Shown here: positions 1 to 11,738 of the stretch, in pieces
Position numbering within the stretch: the first letter of the stretch is position 1
Layout of the letters: each line of letters starts with the position of its first letter
Origin: Nitrospirota bacterium
Lineage (GTDB): Bacteria > Nitrospirota > JACRHJ01
Direction: 5' to 3'
Assembly (NCBI GenBank): GCA_963845245.1
Contig: CAWJRJ010000025.1
Coordinates: forward strand, 1 to 64,000
Length of the DNA: 64,000 bases
Position numbers and translations under genes: made by a program
The notes under the pieces: model-generated
What the model was told of the DNA's origin: nothing
Databases searched by the model: none
What the model saw: only the letters and a program-made list of their open reading frames with translations

Positions 1-112
1 AAGGCGTCGAAAATTTGATCAAGGAGTGATTTCGTCGTACCAGTGATATCCTCCATCGGGTAGCTTGATAGCAAGACGCAACTGTAACGAAGAACCCCAA
101 AAAAAAAAAAAA

Positions 113-690
113 TTACGTATTGCTACCGTGATGATCTGAAATACCTGTTCAGAACAATGGACCAGATCCCTTATTTTTCCGAGGCTGACTACAGGCACGA
201 TCCGGCCCTGTTTACACTGGAAACATCACGTCCCGGGATAGGGCCTTATTCAGTAATGGCAAGCCTTAACGGGATCGGACTGAAAGGATACCAGGTACTG
301 GTTGCCCATTCACTGGAGATGACCTCTCTGCTCAGAAAAAAGCTAGCGAATCTTGAATACTGCCATGTACTTAATGACAGATGCATGGGGCCGAGCGTAG
401 TCTTCTGGGTACTGCCCAAGGGGAGAAATGCCGGGCAGATATATAACAGGCTGATCAACAATGAACTTACAGAAAAAGAATACTCAAGGTACTTCGCGGA
501 GATACAGCATCTATTTGAAAAGAGAAAACATTCCACTGATCCGGCTATTGACGCGATGTTAAGTTTCACCACATCAATGGGTTATAATCCCGGGGGTATA
601 CCTGTGCCGGCATGGAAGGGGGTTTTCTTTAATCCCAAAACTGACGAGAATGTTATTGAACAGATAATTAAAAGTATTGAAGAGCTGTAA
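113..690 (+). CDS. PLP-dependent (group II) amino-acid decarboxylase, C-terminal fragment
   Basis: TLETSRPG...GLKGYQVLV...C-terminal pattern; 5' end lost at the poly-A at 98-112; low-GC fragment. Confidence 0.6.
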
Positions 691-733
691 AAAGTCATAA
701 TCAATACCTGCTGCAAATGACTGCAGCATTTTA

Positions 734-1300
734 CTATTTAGATTTTATCAGTTCATCCCTGAAACTTTTTATTTTTGCAATATCGACCGGACCTGTACGG
801 CAGCACCCTCCATTAATACCGCACCTTTTCCATACCACTCCTCCGACAGTCTGCGCCAGTCACTGGCCGTAGGGTCATCCTCCCAGCAGGAACAGTCAGT
901 GTGATAATGCTCTCCGGAATTCGGATATACGGCAAAATTTTTTTTAAGCTGCAGTTCAAGCGAATCAAGAATCGGAGATATAAACTGCGGAGCCGAACAG
1001 TTTACTCCTGCTGCTATAAGATTTTTTCTTCCATGAAGAAATTTTACGCAGTCTGTAAAATTATCGCCATGACTTGTACTTACAGCATCTTTAACTGTAA
1101 ACACTATCCAGTACAGAATGTCCCTGTATTCATCCATAAGTTCAGCGACAGCGGCTGCCTCCTCCATGCATGGGAACGTTTCGAAGGCAATAATCCTTGC
1201 CCCGGCCCCTGCGAGTATATCAACCCTTTCCCTGTGAAAATTTTTGTAACCGGCAGGGTCAAGATGGTAATCCCCGCGGTACTCTGAACCATCCGCGAGC
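734..1300 (-). CDS. mmuM: Homocysteine S-methyltransferase, C-terminal fragment (frameshift near the GGCC motif)
   Basis: LADGSEYRG, AFETFP, GVNC, VYPNSGE motifs; GCCRTGP..IAKI read in the shifted frame; truncated at the 1326 poly-A junction. Confidence 0.8.
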
Positions 1301-1343
1301 AAGACCAACCGAGCCAAGCAACGGCAAAAAAAAAAAAAAAAAA

Positions 1344-2423
1344 TATTGCTTGGGCGACGGCGACGGTGCCATCTCCCCTCTCTCGACGCCTGCACCGCAG
1401 ATCCTGCGTCCCGCTTCTGCACTCGCCGAACCTGGGGGAACGAATCCACCAACTTCACTTGGGCCCGGGCGGACGAACCCCCCTGCTGCCGCTCCGTTCG
1501 CCCCATTCTCGGCCACGCCAGCGCCCGCCCCGGTGCGACCGACTCCGGTGCCTTCGGAAGTGGATGCTGTGCCCTCACGTCCTGCCACTGCACCGCGACC
1601 TGTTCCCGACGCGGCGGTGCCACAGCGGGCGAGCGTTGCCTCAACCAATCCCCCCAGGCCTTCCCAGCCCGCGAAGAGCTCGTCGTCGTCCGACGACGAG
1701 CTCTTCGACATCCTGGATCTGACGCCGCTGGAGGACCAACTCCCAGCCATCGACCTCGAGGAAGAGGACACCTCGCCGGCTCTCACCCATCGGGTCGCCG
1801 CGCGGCTGCCCATGCCAGCAGGAAGCCGCGAGACGCTGGCTGTGGCCCCGCAGAAGGCCGCCGAGATCCGACAGAGAATCGTGGCGGCCCGATCCGTCGA
1901 AGACGAGCTGGGCATAGACCTCAACCTCGAAACCAGCGGACCTGGCTCGTCAGACGAGGACATTTCGTTGGATGTGGCCCTCGGGGGCCTTGGAAACCTG
2001 CTTGGATCGGCACCGCATCCCACCCTGGCGCCCGATGCCACACTCCAAGGAGTACACACCCGCTTGGTGCCGCCACCGGCACCCAAGGACTCGTCCTCCC
2101 CGTCCCTCGGCCCGTCACAACTCCCGGCCAAGACGCCACTGGCATGGCCTGCTCCGATTCCTCCCGATCCCGACGAGGACCTTTCCGTCAGTGAGCGCCC
2201 GGTCGGGAGATCGTCGAGCTCGTTCAGTGGCCTTGCGTCGGAGGGAACGCCTTTCACCTCCAAGGCCTCCGACCCGGCCCCTGCCAGCGAGGTGGGCGCC
2301 GAAGCACAAATCATCAGCGCACAGGCTCAGGTTTCGGTGCCGGTGGAGGTGCAGGTGCCCCCGGGCGTCAACCGCATCAACCTCTCGCTCCACCTCGTCA
2401 TCAAGCTCAGAGAAAAGCGTTAG
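1344..2423 (+). CDS. Pro/Ser-rich low-complexity protein, C-terminal fragment
   Basis: Open frame ending ...INLSLHLVIKLREKR; high GC; 5' end is the chimeric junction. Confidence 0.5.
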   Translation, partial: YCLGDGDGAISPLSTPAPQILRPASALAEPGGTNPPTSLGPGRTNPPAAAPFAPFSATPAPAPVRPTPVPSEVDAVPSRPATAPRPVPDAAVPQRASVASTNPPRPSQPAKSSSSSDDELFDILDLTPLEDQLPAIDLEEEDTSPALTHRVAARLPMPAGSRETLAVAPQKAAEIRQRIVAARSVEDELGIDLNLETSGPGSSDEDISLDVALGGLGNLLGSAPHPTLAPDATLQGVHTRLVPPPAPKDSSSPSLGPSQLPAKTPLAWPAPIPPDPDEDLSVSERPVGRSSSSFSGLASEGTPFTSKASDPAPASEVGAEAQIISAQAQVSVPVEVQVPPGVNRINLSLHLVIKLREKR

Positions 2424-2432
2424 GCACACCCC

Positions 2433-4607
2433 TTGACGCGCGGGAGACTCGGCAGACGGATCGCAACGGGGCTCGTCCTTCTCCTCCTCTTCGCGGGCGG
2501 CGTCCCGGCCCGCAGTCTGCTTCGACCGCCGCCCGAGACGGGTGGAGTTGGCACTCGGCCTGGTCCTGCGTCGCCTGAACGTGACCACGAGAGTCCTCTA
2601 CATCACAGCGCACCCGGACGACGAGAACAACGGCTTGCTCGTTCGCCTTTCCCGGGGACAGGGCGCCCGTACTGCCCTGCTCTGCCTGACGCGCGGCGAG
2701 GGGGGCCAGAACGCCATCGGACGGGAGCTGGGGGAGGCCCTGGCGGTACTGCGCACCGCGGAGCTCGATGCGGTGCACCGGTTCGACGGGGTGACGCAAT
2801 TTTTCGGCCGTGCTCGGGACTTCGGTCTCTCCTTCAGCGTCGAAGAGAGCCTCGAGACCTGGGGACACGAGGCGACCTTGGCCGACGTGGTCCGGGTCGT
2901 GCGGGAGTTCCGCCCTGATGTCCTCGTGACGCTGCCCCCCGAGTCGCCCGGCGGCGGACAGCACCATCAGGCCACCTCACGATTGGCTCTGGAGGCATTC
3001 CGCGCCGCCGCCGAGCCGCAGCGCTTTCCCGAGCAACTCGAGAAGGGCCTCACACCCTTCCAACCGCGGAAGATCTACGCCACGGGCACGGGCGGGGGAA
3101 GCGAAGGCCTCGAGGCGCCGCTCCTGCGCCTCTCGACGGGGCAGTTCGACCCTCTTCTCGGCGGCACCTGGGCCGAGATGGGCTTTGCCGCGCGAACCGA
3201 GCACCGCTCCCAGGGCGCCGGGGTCGGCCCGGTGCCTACGAGCGGTGGCGAGGCCGTCCTCTCTCTTCTCGATTCCCTCCCGGCGGTCACCGGCCGCGAG
3301 AGCGACCTCACGGATGGCATCGGTATTCGTTTGTTGGATCTGGTCCGGTTCGTACCTCCGGGCGCGGACGCGGACGCCTTGCGATCCGGTCTGGTCGGTC
3401 TGGAAGCCCACATCGAAGCTGCGCGCACCACCTTCGACGTGCGGGAGCCTTCTCGGACCATCGCGGCGCTCGGGCGTGCCGCCTCCGCGGTGGACGCGCT
3501 GCTCGAAGGCCTGGGCAGCCCTTCCACGGGTTGCCCAAGTCGAGCTCGCCCTCCGACTCGGAGACACCCGCCGCGACCTCCACCTCGCCCTGACCCTCGC
3601 CCACGGCCTCTCCATCACGGCCACGGTGGACGACAAGGAGGTCGTCCGAGGCCAGACCGTAGGCGTCACGATGACGGCCGTGCACCACGGTCCCGAGCCG
3701 CTGGAGATCGTGCGTCTCATCCCCGCCGTTCCAGACGGCTGGATCGTTCGGGGTCCCGCTGCGGCTACTCCCCGGCGCCTGGCGCCCGGAGAGACCCTGA
3801 CCGAGACCTACACGGTGGATGTCGGGCGTCATGCGGCGCTCACGACGCCCTCCTGGCGACGAGCTGAGGGACGGGAAGGGCAGGCGCCACCAACGGACGA
3901 AGGGCTGCCCTGGAGCCCTCCACCTCTCCTTGCTGCCCTCACCTGGCGCAGCGCAGGAGCCACGCGTGACCACCCAAGCCCCGGTATCGCCCTTCGACGT
4001 CGTACCCGCCGTCACGCTGGAGGTCCAACCGGACGTCCTGATCGAGCCGCTGCTCCGACCACGAACCCTCGATGTCCGCGTCGCCGTTCGCAACCACGCC
4101 CCGGGGCCCACCGAAGCCGCCGTGAAGCTCGAGCTGCCCCTCGGCTTCGCGCTGGACCCACCGGTCCATGCCATCCACTTCGCTGGCGCCGACGAAGAAC
4201 GCCGCGTGCGCTTCGTCGTCCGCCCTTCGAGGCCCTTGGTGGCCACGCGATTCCCTGTCAACGCGCTGGCGGTGATCGGCGACCAGATCGCCGACTCCGC
4301 GCTCGATGCGGTGGACTACCCGCACATCTCCCGCAAGATTCGCCTTCGCCCCGCCCGCGCGCTGCTCCTCGCCCTGGACGTGCGCACTCGCCCTTCGGCC
4401 CGTGTGGCCTGGGTGAGGGGGACGGGGGACGTCGCCGCTGAGGCCGTGGCGGCGTTGGGTATTCCCTGTGACCCTCTCGGGCCTGACGATCTCGCATTTG
4501 CGGACCTCTCCCGCTACACGACGATTCTCGTCGGCGTCCGGGCCTATGAGGTTCGTTCCGACCTGCGGCTCGCCCACGGTAGGCTTCTCGACTGGGTGCG
4601 CTCCGGC
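2433..4607 (+). CDS. Secreted PIG-L/LmbE-family deacetylase with Ig-like (NEW3-type) and C-terminal domains; frameshifted, 3'-truncated
   Basis: ITAHPDDE, TRGEGGQN, RTAEL, DFGLSFS..E, GGQHHQA motifs; later LSRYTTILVGVRAY...LLDWVRSG; continues over three frames. Confidence 0.85.
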
Positions 4608-4609
4608 GT

Positions 4610-5155
4610 AATCGCGAAGAAGAAAAGAAGCGGAAGCGCCATATTGCATACTTTTTCAATGCCGCCTTTTAACCCCTTTATAATAATAAAATTTGGCAGC
4701 AAAGGTAACAAGTAAAAATAGATAGGTCCAGAGAAATATTTCGTTTGTGCCGATCCCCTAGATACTCGCGTAAAAAATCACAATGCACTTTGGCCCTGAC
4801 AATTGCAAAAATGTCCCTTTGAGTGAATAAAAACAGTAACCAAGCAGCCAGCTTTCGATATACACATAATAAATAAAAATCATCAGCGGGCCAAAAACAC
4901 CGATAGCGCCAAAGTATTCAAGAAGCACGATGCCGCCATAACCGGTTAAAAATTAAAGGCGCGGTACCTGTGGCGAAACAAGCCACCGTATCTACCAATT
5001 GCCCCACTCAATCGACATCAGCGGTAAACCCAAGGTAAACAGCGCGACAAATAAGGTATCATAAATGCGCCGCCGCCGTTTTTTGTGAGCCTGCGTGATC
5101 CTAAAAAATTTCCAAGCCGACAGCAGAACCCGCGACCGCCATAATAATGCCGCAT
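4610..5155 (-). CDS. Sodium-dependent transporter (SNF/NSS family), N-terminal fragment with many indels
   Basis: Reading across frames gives MAVAGSAVGLG...NGGGAFMIPY...LGLPLMSIEW..GRYGG, the SNF signature. Confidence 0.7.
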
Positions 5156-5490
5156 GGGAAATCGTAGGGGGCGCACAGGCAACGGAGAAGAGGCCCTTTG
5201 TCCTCTCTTTGGTGTGCGGCTTCAATCCACTGCATTTCCAGACGTTTCTTACCGCCGAGTTACACCGTCGCTGTGCCGATCGCAAGCCGGAGTTACGATC
5301 CGGACTTTACGGCGATTTCTGGGGAAATTTGGTCCGCGCCGGGGAGGCAGAGCGAGACGCCGTCGTTATTGCGCTCGAATGGCCTGATCTGGACCCTCGC
5401 CTGAGCCCTCGCAGTCTGGGGGGATGGACTCCCGCGCTGCTTCCGGAGGTAGTCGAGACGGTAGTCCGCAGGGCAGAGCAATTGGCCAAC
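5156..5490 (+). CDS. Possible FkbH-like HAD-IIIC protein N-terminal fragment
   Basis: CGFNPLHFQTFL...GLYGD...LEWPDLDPRL resembles the N-terminal region of FkbH-like proteins; both ends are junctions. Confidence 0.4.
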
Positions 5491-5558
5491 AGCAAGACGA
5501 ACGGTCTAGTAGATGCAAAACATAAAAAAATTATTGTTCTTGAGATTGGGAGTATTGT

Positions 5559-5920
5559 GTGCCTTTGGGCGTGCCGGAAGTGCTGGCTGAGGGAACAGAT
5601 CTGACGCTTGTCACCTATGGCTGGAATGTGACGATTGCGCTGGAGGCAATCAATCTGCTGAAACCGATGGGGATCTCTGTCGAATTGATTGATGTACAGA
5701 CTCTGGCACCATTTGATACCGGTCATTTGATTACCCAATCTCTCCTGAAAACCAACCGGCTGGTTTTGCTGGATGAAGATGTGCCCGGCGGAGGTACCGG
5801 ATATATGCTTCAAAAGATACTGGAGCAGGAAGAGGCATTTTACGCCCTGGATGCCCAACCACTGGTTATTTCAGCAAAAGATCACCGCGGAGGCTATGGC
5901 ACCGATGGTGAATATTTAGC
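5559..5920 (+). CDS. 2-oxoacid dehydrogenase E1 beta/transketolase C-terminal domain fragment
   Basis: EGTDLTLVTYG, ELIDVQTLAPFD, KTNRLVLLDEDVPGG, YGTDGEY. Confidence 0.8.
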
Positions 5921-5948
5921 ATATGATGAGTCAAGACAGACAGAACAG

Positions 5949-6035
<87 letters not shown>

Positions 6036-6049
6036 GCGGCGTTGAATTG

Positions 6050-8225
6050 TGAGACCCAGCTTGCCGTCAAGGTAGACAGGGTGCAATTCGGTCGAGACCT
6101 CCTGGAGCACCGGGATATCGCCCTTGCCGACGGCAATATGTTCGGCCCGGAGGTCCACTTTCCCGCCTATACCGTTGATGTCCGGTCCGCTGAGGCTGAT
6201 GACGGCTTCTGCCGTCCCTGCCGTGAGCGAGTAGGGCAGCCCTCTATCTTTAATTAAAGGGTTAATAAAACTGAGATTATGAACTTTAAGATTACCAGAC
6301 ACCGCCGGTTTTATCAAGCCCTTGCCCGACAAAAAAGACGCTTCTCCCCTGATTGTCAGAGGGTTGTCCGCGATTCCGGCCTTTGCCGAAAAAGACGCTT
6401 TTTCCCCAAAGAGGCTGTAATCTGCAATGAAATTAACGGGTATGCCGTATGCAGTACCGGATGATACCGAAAGAATGCCGGATATATCAGTTCCGCCATC
6501 CTTTTTGGGTGTGGCCCTGGCATCCGCCTGGAGTCCGTTTAATAAGATCGAGTCCTTCCACTTTACGGAACACTCCCTGAGAGAAACTGATACAGCGCCG
6601 TCTTTTATGCTCGCGTCCATTGCAGGCGTGGTCAGATAGACCCCATCGAGGCCGGCGAAGGAGATGCCGGAAAGGCGCACGCCTTCGTTTGAATACGAAT
6701 ATGAACTTTTAAGCTTGAAGAGTTTCGCCTGGAAAGCACCGTCGCCTGTAATATTACCGGAAAGCATTATTCCACCGGCGTTCTTTGTAAATGTGCCCTC
6801 GACCGACGCGTTTACCGATGCAGCCGAGTCCTTGTAGGCGAGCTGCGAACCTTTCAGCCGGTATTCTGCGTGAACATCCCTCAGGGAATTGCCGAAAGAG
6901 CCATTTACCTCGGTGTTTACAGTCCCGGTAGCGCCCTTGCCGATGGAGCTGATATCGAGATTCTCAGCCTTGAGGTTGAACGTGCCTGCACCCTTGTAGA
7001 AGGCAGTGCCTGTCATTCTGCCTCCCGCAGCCGTGATGTTAAAACGGACATTCACGGACTTGTCGGGTGAAAGGGACAGTTCGGCCAGGCCGTTGACTCC
7101 GGAGATGACCGCCCCCTTGCCGGATGCGCTGACGCCTGATATGGACGCCATGCAACTGGCTGCCAGCGCAAAAGGTTTCAGGCTCCCTTTGAGCCTGATA
7201 TCCTGAGGAGTAATGATGCCGGTGACCTTTGTATCCTTTGGCAGGTATCCGGCCAGGCGGGAAAGGTCGACCGGCTTTATTTTCGCTGCAAGGTCTATGT
7301 TTGCGTTTTTTTTCAGACCGGTTATTGTACCGGAGGCTGTCAGGCCAGCCATACCCTTGACATCCGCGTAGGCATCATGAATATTAAGGACGTCTTTAGA
7401 AAGAGAATAAGACAGTCCGGCTTTGAAACCGACTACATAAGGCGGCTTGTCCTTAAAGGCACGTATGCCGTCCACAGTACCGTCTAACTGCGCTACCAAT
7501 TCGTCGCCCTTGAAATGTGCGTCAACGGTGGTAGTGGCCTTGACGCTTTCAAGGGTACCGTTCTTTGGCAGGTACCCGGTGAGGCTGTTTGCGGTCAAGG
7601 ATATTTGGGCATCGGCCTCCTTATGGCCGCCAAGGATGTCCGCGCTGCCCTCTGCGGATACGGAGTTCCCGCGTCCGTCCCCGGCCTTGATGTTGAACGA
7701 TGCCTGGCCGGGATTTATGGAGGACAGGCCCGTAACCGTCGCCTCTATTTCTTTAAGGCCTCCTCCAGGTGCAGTGACGGTTCCTTTGATGATCCGTATG
7801 GTTTTGATCGTGAATTTGCTGCCGCCCCCGCCCGGCTTGGCGAGCTTGTCCATCAGTGGCTTGAAGTTCCACTCGCCCGACTTGTCTTTGGAGAGGTTGA
7901 CGGCCGGTGAATAAATGTATACTCCGGAGACGACGATCCGTCTGTTGGCAAGTTCGCGGTAGTCAGGGATTATGCTGATCGATTTGACTGAAAAAAGCTC
8001 TTTGGAACCTGAAAGGGGAGGGCTTTCGATGCGGAGATTGTACAGCGTGAGCCCGGAAACCGGGCTTAGGTCTAAACGGCTGACGCTGGCTGGCTGTCCC
8101 AGCGCATGCGTAAGGGCGTCGGACACGAGCCGGGCCGCGCGAAAATTGATATACAGGATAACTGCCGCAAGCCCGGCGAAAACTGCCAGGACGGCGATAT
8201 ATTTAGCTTTACGGGTAGCTCCCAC
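6050..8225 (-). CDS. AsmA-like (DUF748-type) repeating beta-groove protein, 3'-truncated
   Basis: N-terminal TM anchor, P.VNLSKDKSGEWNF motif, long Gly-rich amphipathic beta sequence; runs into the poly-A junction. Confidence 0.7.
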
Positions 8226-8244
8226 AGGCGCATGCTACTTGTGT

Positions 8245-8619
8245 TTAGCTCTTCTGCCGGCTGTGATAGTCGTCTATCGCGCTCTTCAGTGCCTCTTCGG
8301 CCAGGACCGAACAGTGCATCTTCTGGGACGGCAGCCCGCCCAGGGCCTCGGCCACCATCGCATTTGAGATGGTCAGGGCTTCGTCGATCTTCTTGCCCTT
8401 CACCATCTCCGTGACCATCGAGCTTGTGGCAATCGCCGCACCGCAGCCCAATGTCTGGAATTTCGCATCGACTATCGTGTCGCCATCCACCTTGATATAG
8501 AGCTCCATTATGTCGCCGCAGACCGGGTTGCCTACCTTGCCTACGCCGTCCGGCGACTCCATCTCGCCTACGTTCCTGGGGTGGCGGAAATGGTCCATCA
8601 CCTTCTCTGAGTATGCCAT
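8245..8619 (-). CDS. nifU: Fe-S scaffold, IscU/NifU N-terminal domain (copy 1)
   Basis: YSEKVMDHF..PRNVG, GNPVCGD, GCGAAIATSS, LPSQKMHCS. Confidence 0.93.
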   Translation of the reverse strand: MAYSEKVMDHFRHPRNVGEMESPDGVGKVGNPVCGDIMELYIKVDGDTIVDAKFQTLGCGAAIATSSMVTEMVKGKKIDEALTISNAMVAEALGGLPSQKMHCSVLAEEALKSAIDDYHSRQKS

Positions 8620-8639
8620 GACTGTCCTTTCCTGTTACT

Positions 8640-9828
8640 TTAGGAGGCTGTCTTTTGCTCTCTCAAGTACTCTTTATATATGGGGCTGAAACTCCTGAGG
8701 TTCTCGACCACCTTCGGCAGCACCTCAAGCAGTTTGTCTATGTCCTCTTCGGTGTTTTCGCGTCCCAGCGAGAACCTGATCGCGCCGTGCGACCTTTCCG
8801 GGGGTATGCCCATCGCTGACAGGACGTGCGAGGGCTCAAGCGCGTCTGACGTGCAGGCGGAGCCGGAAGCTGCGCATATCCCGTGTTCGTCGAGAGACAG
8901 TATAATCGACTCTCCTTCGACGAAGTCGAACCCGACGTTCAGGGTACCGGCAAGCTTCATCGTCGGGTGGCCGTGAAGGCGGATATGCGGGATAGTCTTT
9001 TTGATACCCTCCCACAGCCTGTCGCGCATCCGGGCGAGCCTCGCCTCTTCAACCTCGCGCTCGGCGACAAGGAGTTCCGCCGCCTTGCCGAATCCGACAA
9101 TGCCCGGCACGTTCTCTGTGCCCGGCCGGAGCGAGCGTTCCTGGTGGCCGCCGAACAGTATAGGCAGGATCTTGGTGCCCTTCCGTATGTACAGAAGCCC
9201 AACGCCTTTTGTGCCGTAAATCTTGTGGGCCGAGGCGGACAGAAGGTCGATTCCCATCTCGTTTACGTTTATGGGCAGCTTCCCGAAGCTCTGAACGGCG
9301 TCTGTATGGAAGGTGACCTTGTGCGCATTTAGCTATCCTGCCTATCTCGGCTATCGGCTCTATCGTGCCGACCTCGTTGTTTGCATGCATTATGCTTATA
9401 AGGATGGTCTGGGGGGTGATAGCCTTTTCCACGTCTGCCGGGTTTACCATACCGTACTCGTCAGTGGGCAGGTAGGTTACGCTATAACCCTCCCTCTCAA
9501 GAGCCTTGCAGCTGTTTAAGACCGCGTGGTGTTCCACCTTGGAGGTAATGATGTGGTTTCCCTTTTTTTTAAGGGCCCTTGCGACCCCTAAAATGGCCAT
9601 GTTGTCGCTCTCGGTGCCGCCGCTCGTGAAGATTATTTCCTCGCGGTCGGCGCCAAGTATGCCCGCCATAGTGTCGCGGGCAAGCTCCATCTCCACGTGG
9701 GCCTCATGACCTATGCAGTAAAGCGTGGACGGGTTACCGTAGCAGCCCCGCAGAAGGCCGGCCATGGCCTCGCCCACCTCGGGCCTTACCGGGGTTGTGG
9801 CGTTATTGTCCAGGTATATCCTGCCCAT
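8640..9828 (-). CDS. nifS: Cysteine desulfurase NifS/IscS (copy 1; indel near 9320)
   Basis: [42 protein letters not shown]. Confidence 0.93.
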
Positions 9829-9878
9829 CTTGTTGCTCCTTTTCGATTAGTATAATACTAAACGGTCATTCAAATTTA

Positions 9879-9907
9879 TATATAATAATTCTAATCGAAA
9901 AAGTCAA
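9879..9907 (-). promoter_or_regulatory. Sigma70-like promoter for nifS-nifU (TTGACT-N17-TATATA) overlapped by inverted repeats
   Basis: Minus strand TTGACTttttcgattagaattatTATATA; AGTCAAG...CTTGACT dyad at 9902-9930. Confidence 0.45.
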
Positions 9908-9931
9908 GATTGTCCAAGAAAAACTTGACTA

Positions 9932-10237
9932 TTATTTGTTTAAAGTCCTCCCGAGCTTCTTTTCGATGGATTCGACCTTCTTTGCTATCCTGTCGGTACG
10001 TCCTTTGCGTTCGTCTATGGTGATGTTCGTGACCACGCGCTCCATCTGGTCCGCAAGCAGTCTGTGGCACCTGCCGATAAGGTCCATGACCTTGTCATAG
10101 TCGCCCTCCACCACCGTGCCCATCGCGTTCAGTTTATAAGACAGGCCGGATTCGTCCACCAGCTTCAGGACCTTTGCGACATGCTCGCTGGTGGAAGCGC
10201 CCTCGCCGATAGGCCAGATGCTGAATTCTGCTATCAT
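9932..10237 (-). CDS. MTH1187/YkoF-like (UPF0045) thiamine-binding family protein
   Basis: MIAEFSIWPIG, Y.LNAMGTVVEG, ERVVTNITIDER, KKVESI; GGAGG RBS before the ATG at 10237. Confidence 0.88.
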   Translation of the reverse strand: MIAEFSIWPIGEGASTSEHVAKVLKLVDESGLSYKLNAMGTVVEGDYDKVMDLIGRCHRLLADQMERVVTNITIDERKGRTDRIAKKVESIEKKLGRTLNK

Positions 10238-10276
10238 TATGCACCTCCGGGGTTTTGGCTTTAGTGCTGGGGCAGG

Positions 10277-10375
10277 AAAAAAAGAACTGCAGGGATGGGT
10301 ACTGTCCGCGGGTACTGCCGCGATGGCCTTTTTCAAGACCGCGGCCGGAAACCGTCCCTGCAGCTTGTGGACTTG
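10277..10375 (-). ncRNA. Candidate structured small RNA or attenuating leader
   Basis: TTTACA-N17-TATATT promoter at 10412-10384; ~12-bp outer stem (10287-10298 with 10352-10363), inner GAAA-loop hairpin, U7 tract. Confidence 0.4.
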
Positions 10376-10535
10376 TTAATTAAAATATAGCAGGCGGTCG
10401 CGAAGTTGTAAAGGGAAGCAGAAGTCCGTCAACGTGCCTGCTGCTTGTTTTTTCCATTGATTTTTATTGTCCTCTATGGTAACAATTATTTTTTATACTT
10501 GTTTTTTCGTTAATATCGCTTAATTAAGGGTTTCG

Positions 10536-11738
10536 ATGTCAACCGACAAGCTAATAGAAGAGTCAAGGACCTACCTTATGAACACGTACAACCGCTACCC
10601 GGTTGTGTTCGTAAGGGGCAGGGGGATGAAGCTCTACGATTCGGACGGTAAGGAGTACACGGACTTTCTCGGTGGGATCGCGGTAAACAACCTCGGCCAC
10701 TGTCACCCGAAGGTTGTAGTGGCGCTCCAGAAGCAGGCCCAGAAGCTTATACACGTCTCGAACTACTTCCATATCGAGCCGCAGATAAAGCTCGGCAAGT
10801 TGCTCTGCCAGAATTCGTTTGCGGACCAGGCGTTCTTCTGCAACTCCGGGGCCGAGGCGAACGAGGCCGCTATAAAGCTTGCCAGGAAGTACGCGAAGGA
10901 GAACCTGGGCGAGGACAAATACGAGATAATAACCGCGCTCAACTCATTTCACGGCCGTACGATGGCGACCATTACCGCGACCGGCCAGGAAAAGTTCCAG
11001 AAGGCCTTCACGCCGCTTCTGCCGGGCTTCAAGTATGTGCCCTTCGGTGATGTCGGGGCGGTTGCTGCAGCGATAACGGACAAGACCTGCGCAGTGATGT
11101 TGGAGCCGATACAGGCCGAGGGCGGGGTCAACCTGCCGCCGGAGGACTACTTCAGGGAACTCAAGGCGCTCCTCGAGGCAAAGGGGATACTCCTAATACT
11201 GGACGAGGTACAGACCGGGATGGGACGTACCGGGAAGCTGTTCGCATACGAGCATTACGGGATCGAGCCGGACATTATGACGCTTGCCAAGGCGCTTGGG
11301 GGCGGGATGCCGATTGGCGCCATGCTCGCGACTAAGAAGGTGGCGGATTCTTTTTCGCCGGGTGACCACGCCTCGACTTTTGGAGGGAACCCACTTGCCT
11401 GTGCAGCCGGCATAGCTTCGCTTGAGGCTATTCTCGAGGACGGCTGGCTGCTGAGTTCCTGCCAGCGTATGGGCGATTACTTCAGGAAAGGCCTGGCCGA
11501 CCTGCAGAATAAGTACACGTTTATAAAGGACATCAGGGGCAAGGGCCTCATCATAGGCGTGGAACTGGAATTCGACGCCGGCGATATCGTAAAGGATGCT
11601 CTCAGGGAGGGTTACATAATCAATTATACAATGCAAAAGGTTCTCAGGTTCGTGCCTCCCCTTATCGTTACAGAGGAGGAGATAGACGGACTGCTTGATA
11701 CACTGGAACGTATCTTTGACAAGAGGTACTCGGCATGA
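10536..11738 (+). CDS. argD: Acetylornithine aminotransferase
   Basis: [39 protein letters not shown]; arg cluster context. Confidence 0.95.
   Translation: MSTDKLIEESRTYLMNTYNRYPVVFVRGRGMKLYDSDGKEYTDFLGGIAVNNLGHCHPKVVVALQKQAQKLIHVSNYFHIEPQIKLGKLLCQNSFADQAFFCNSGAEANEAAIKLARKYAKENLGEDKYEIITALNSFHGRTMATITATGQEKFQKAFTPLLPGFKYVPFGDVGAVAAAITDKTCAVMLEPIQAEGGVNLPPEDYFRELKALLEAKGILLILDEVQTGMGRTGKLFAYEHYGIEPDIMTLAKALGGGMPIGAMLATKKVADSFSPGDHASTFGGNPLACAAGIASLEAILEDGWLLSSCQRMGDYFRKGLADLQNKYTFIKDIRGKGLIIGVELEFDAGDIVKDALREGYIINYTMQKVLRFVPPLIVTEEEIDGLLDTLERIFDKRYSA

Noticed and set aside
10277..10375. TPP riboswitch or SRP RNA
   Set aside because: Lacks the TPP CUGAGA motif and the SRP CAGG-GGAA-GCAG motif.
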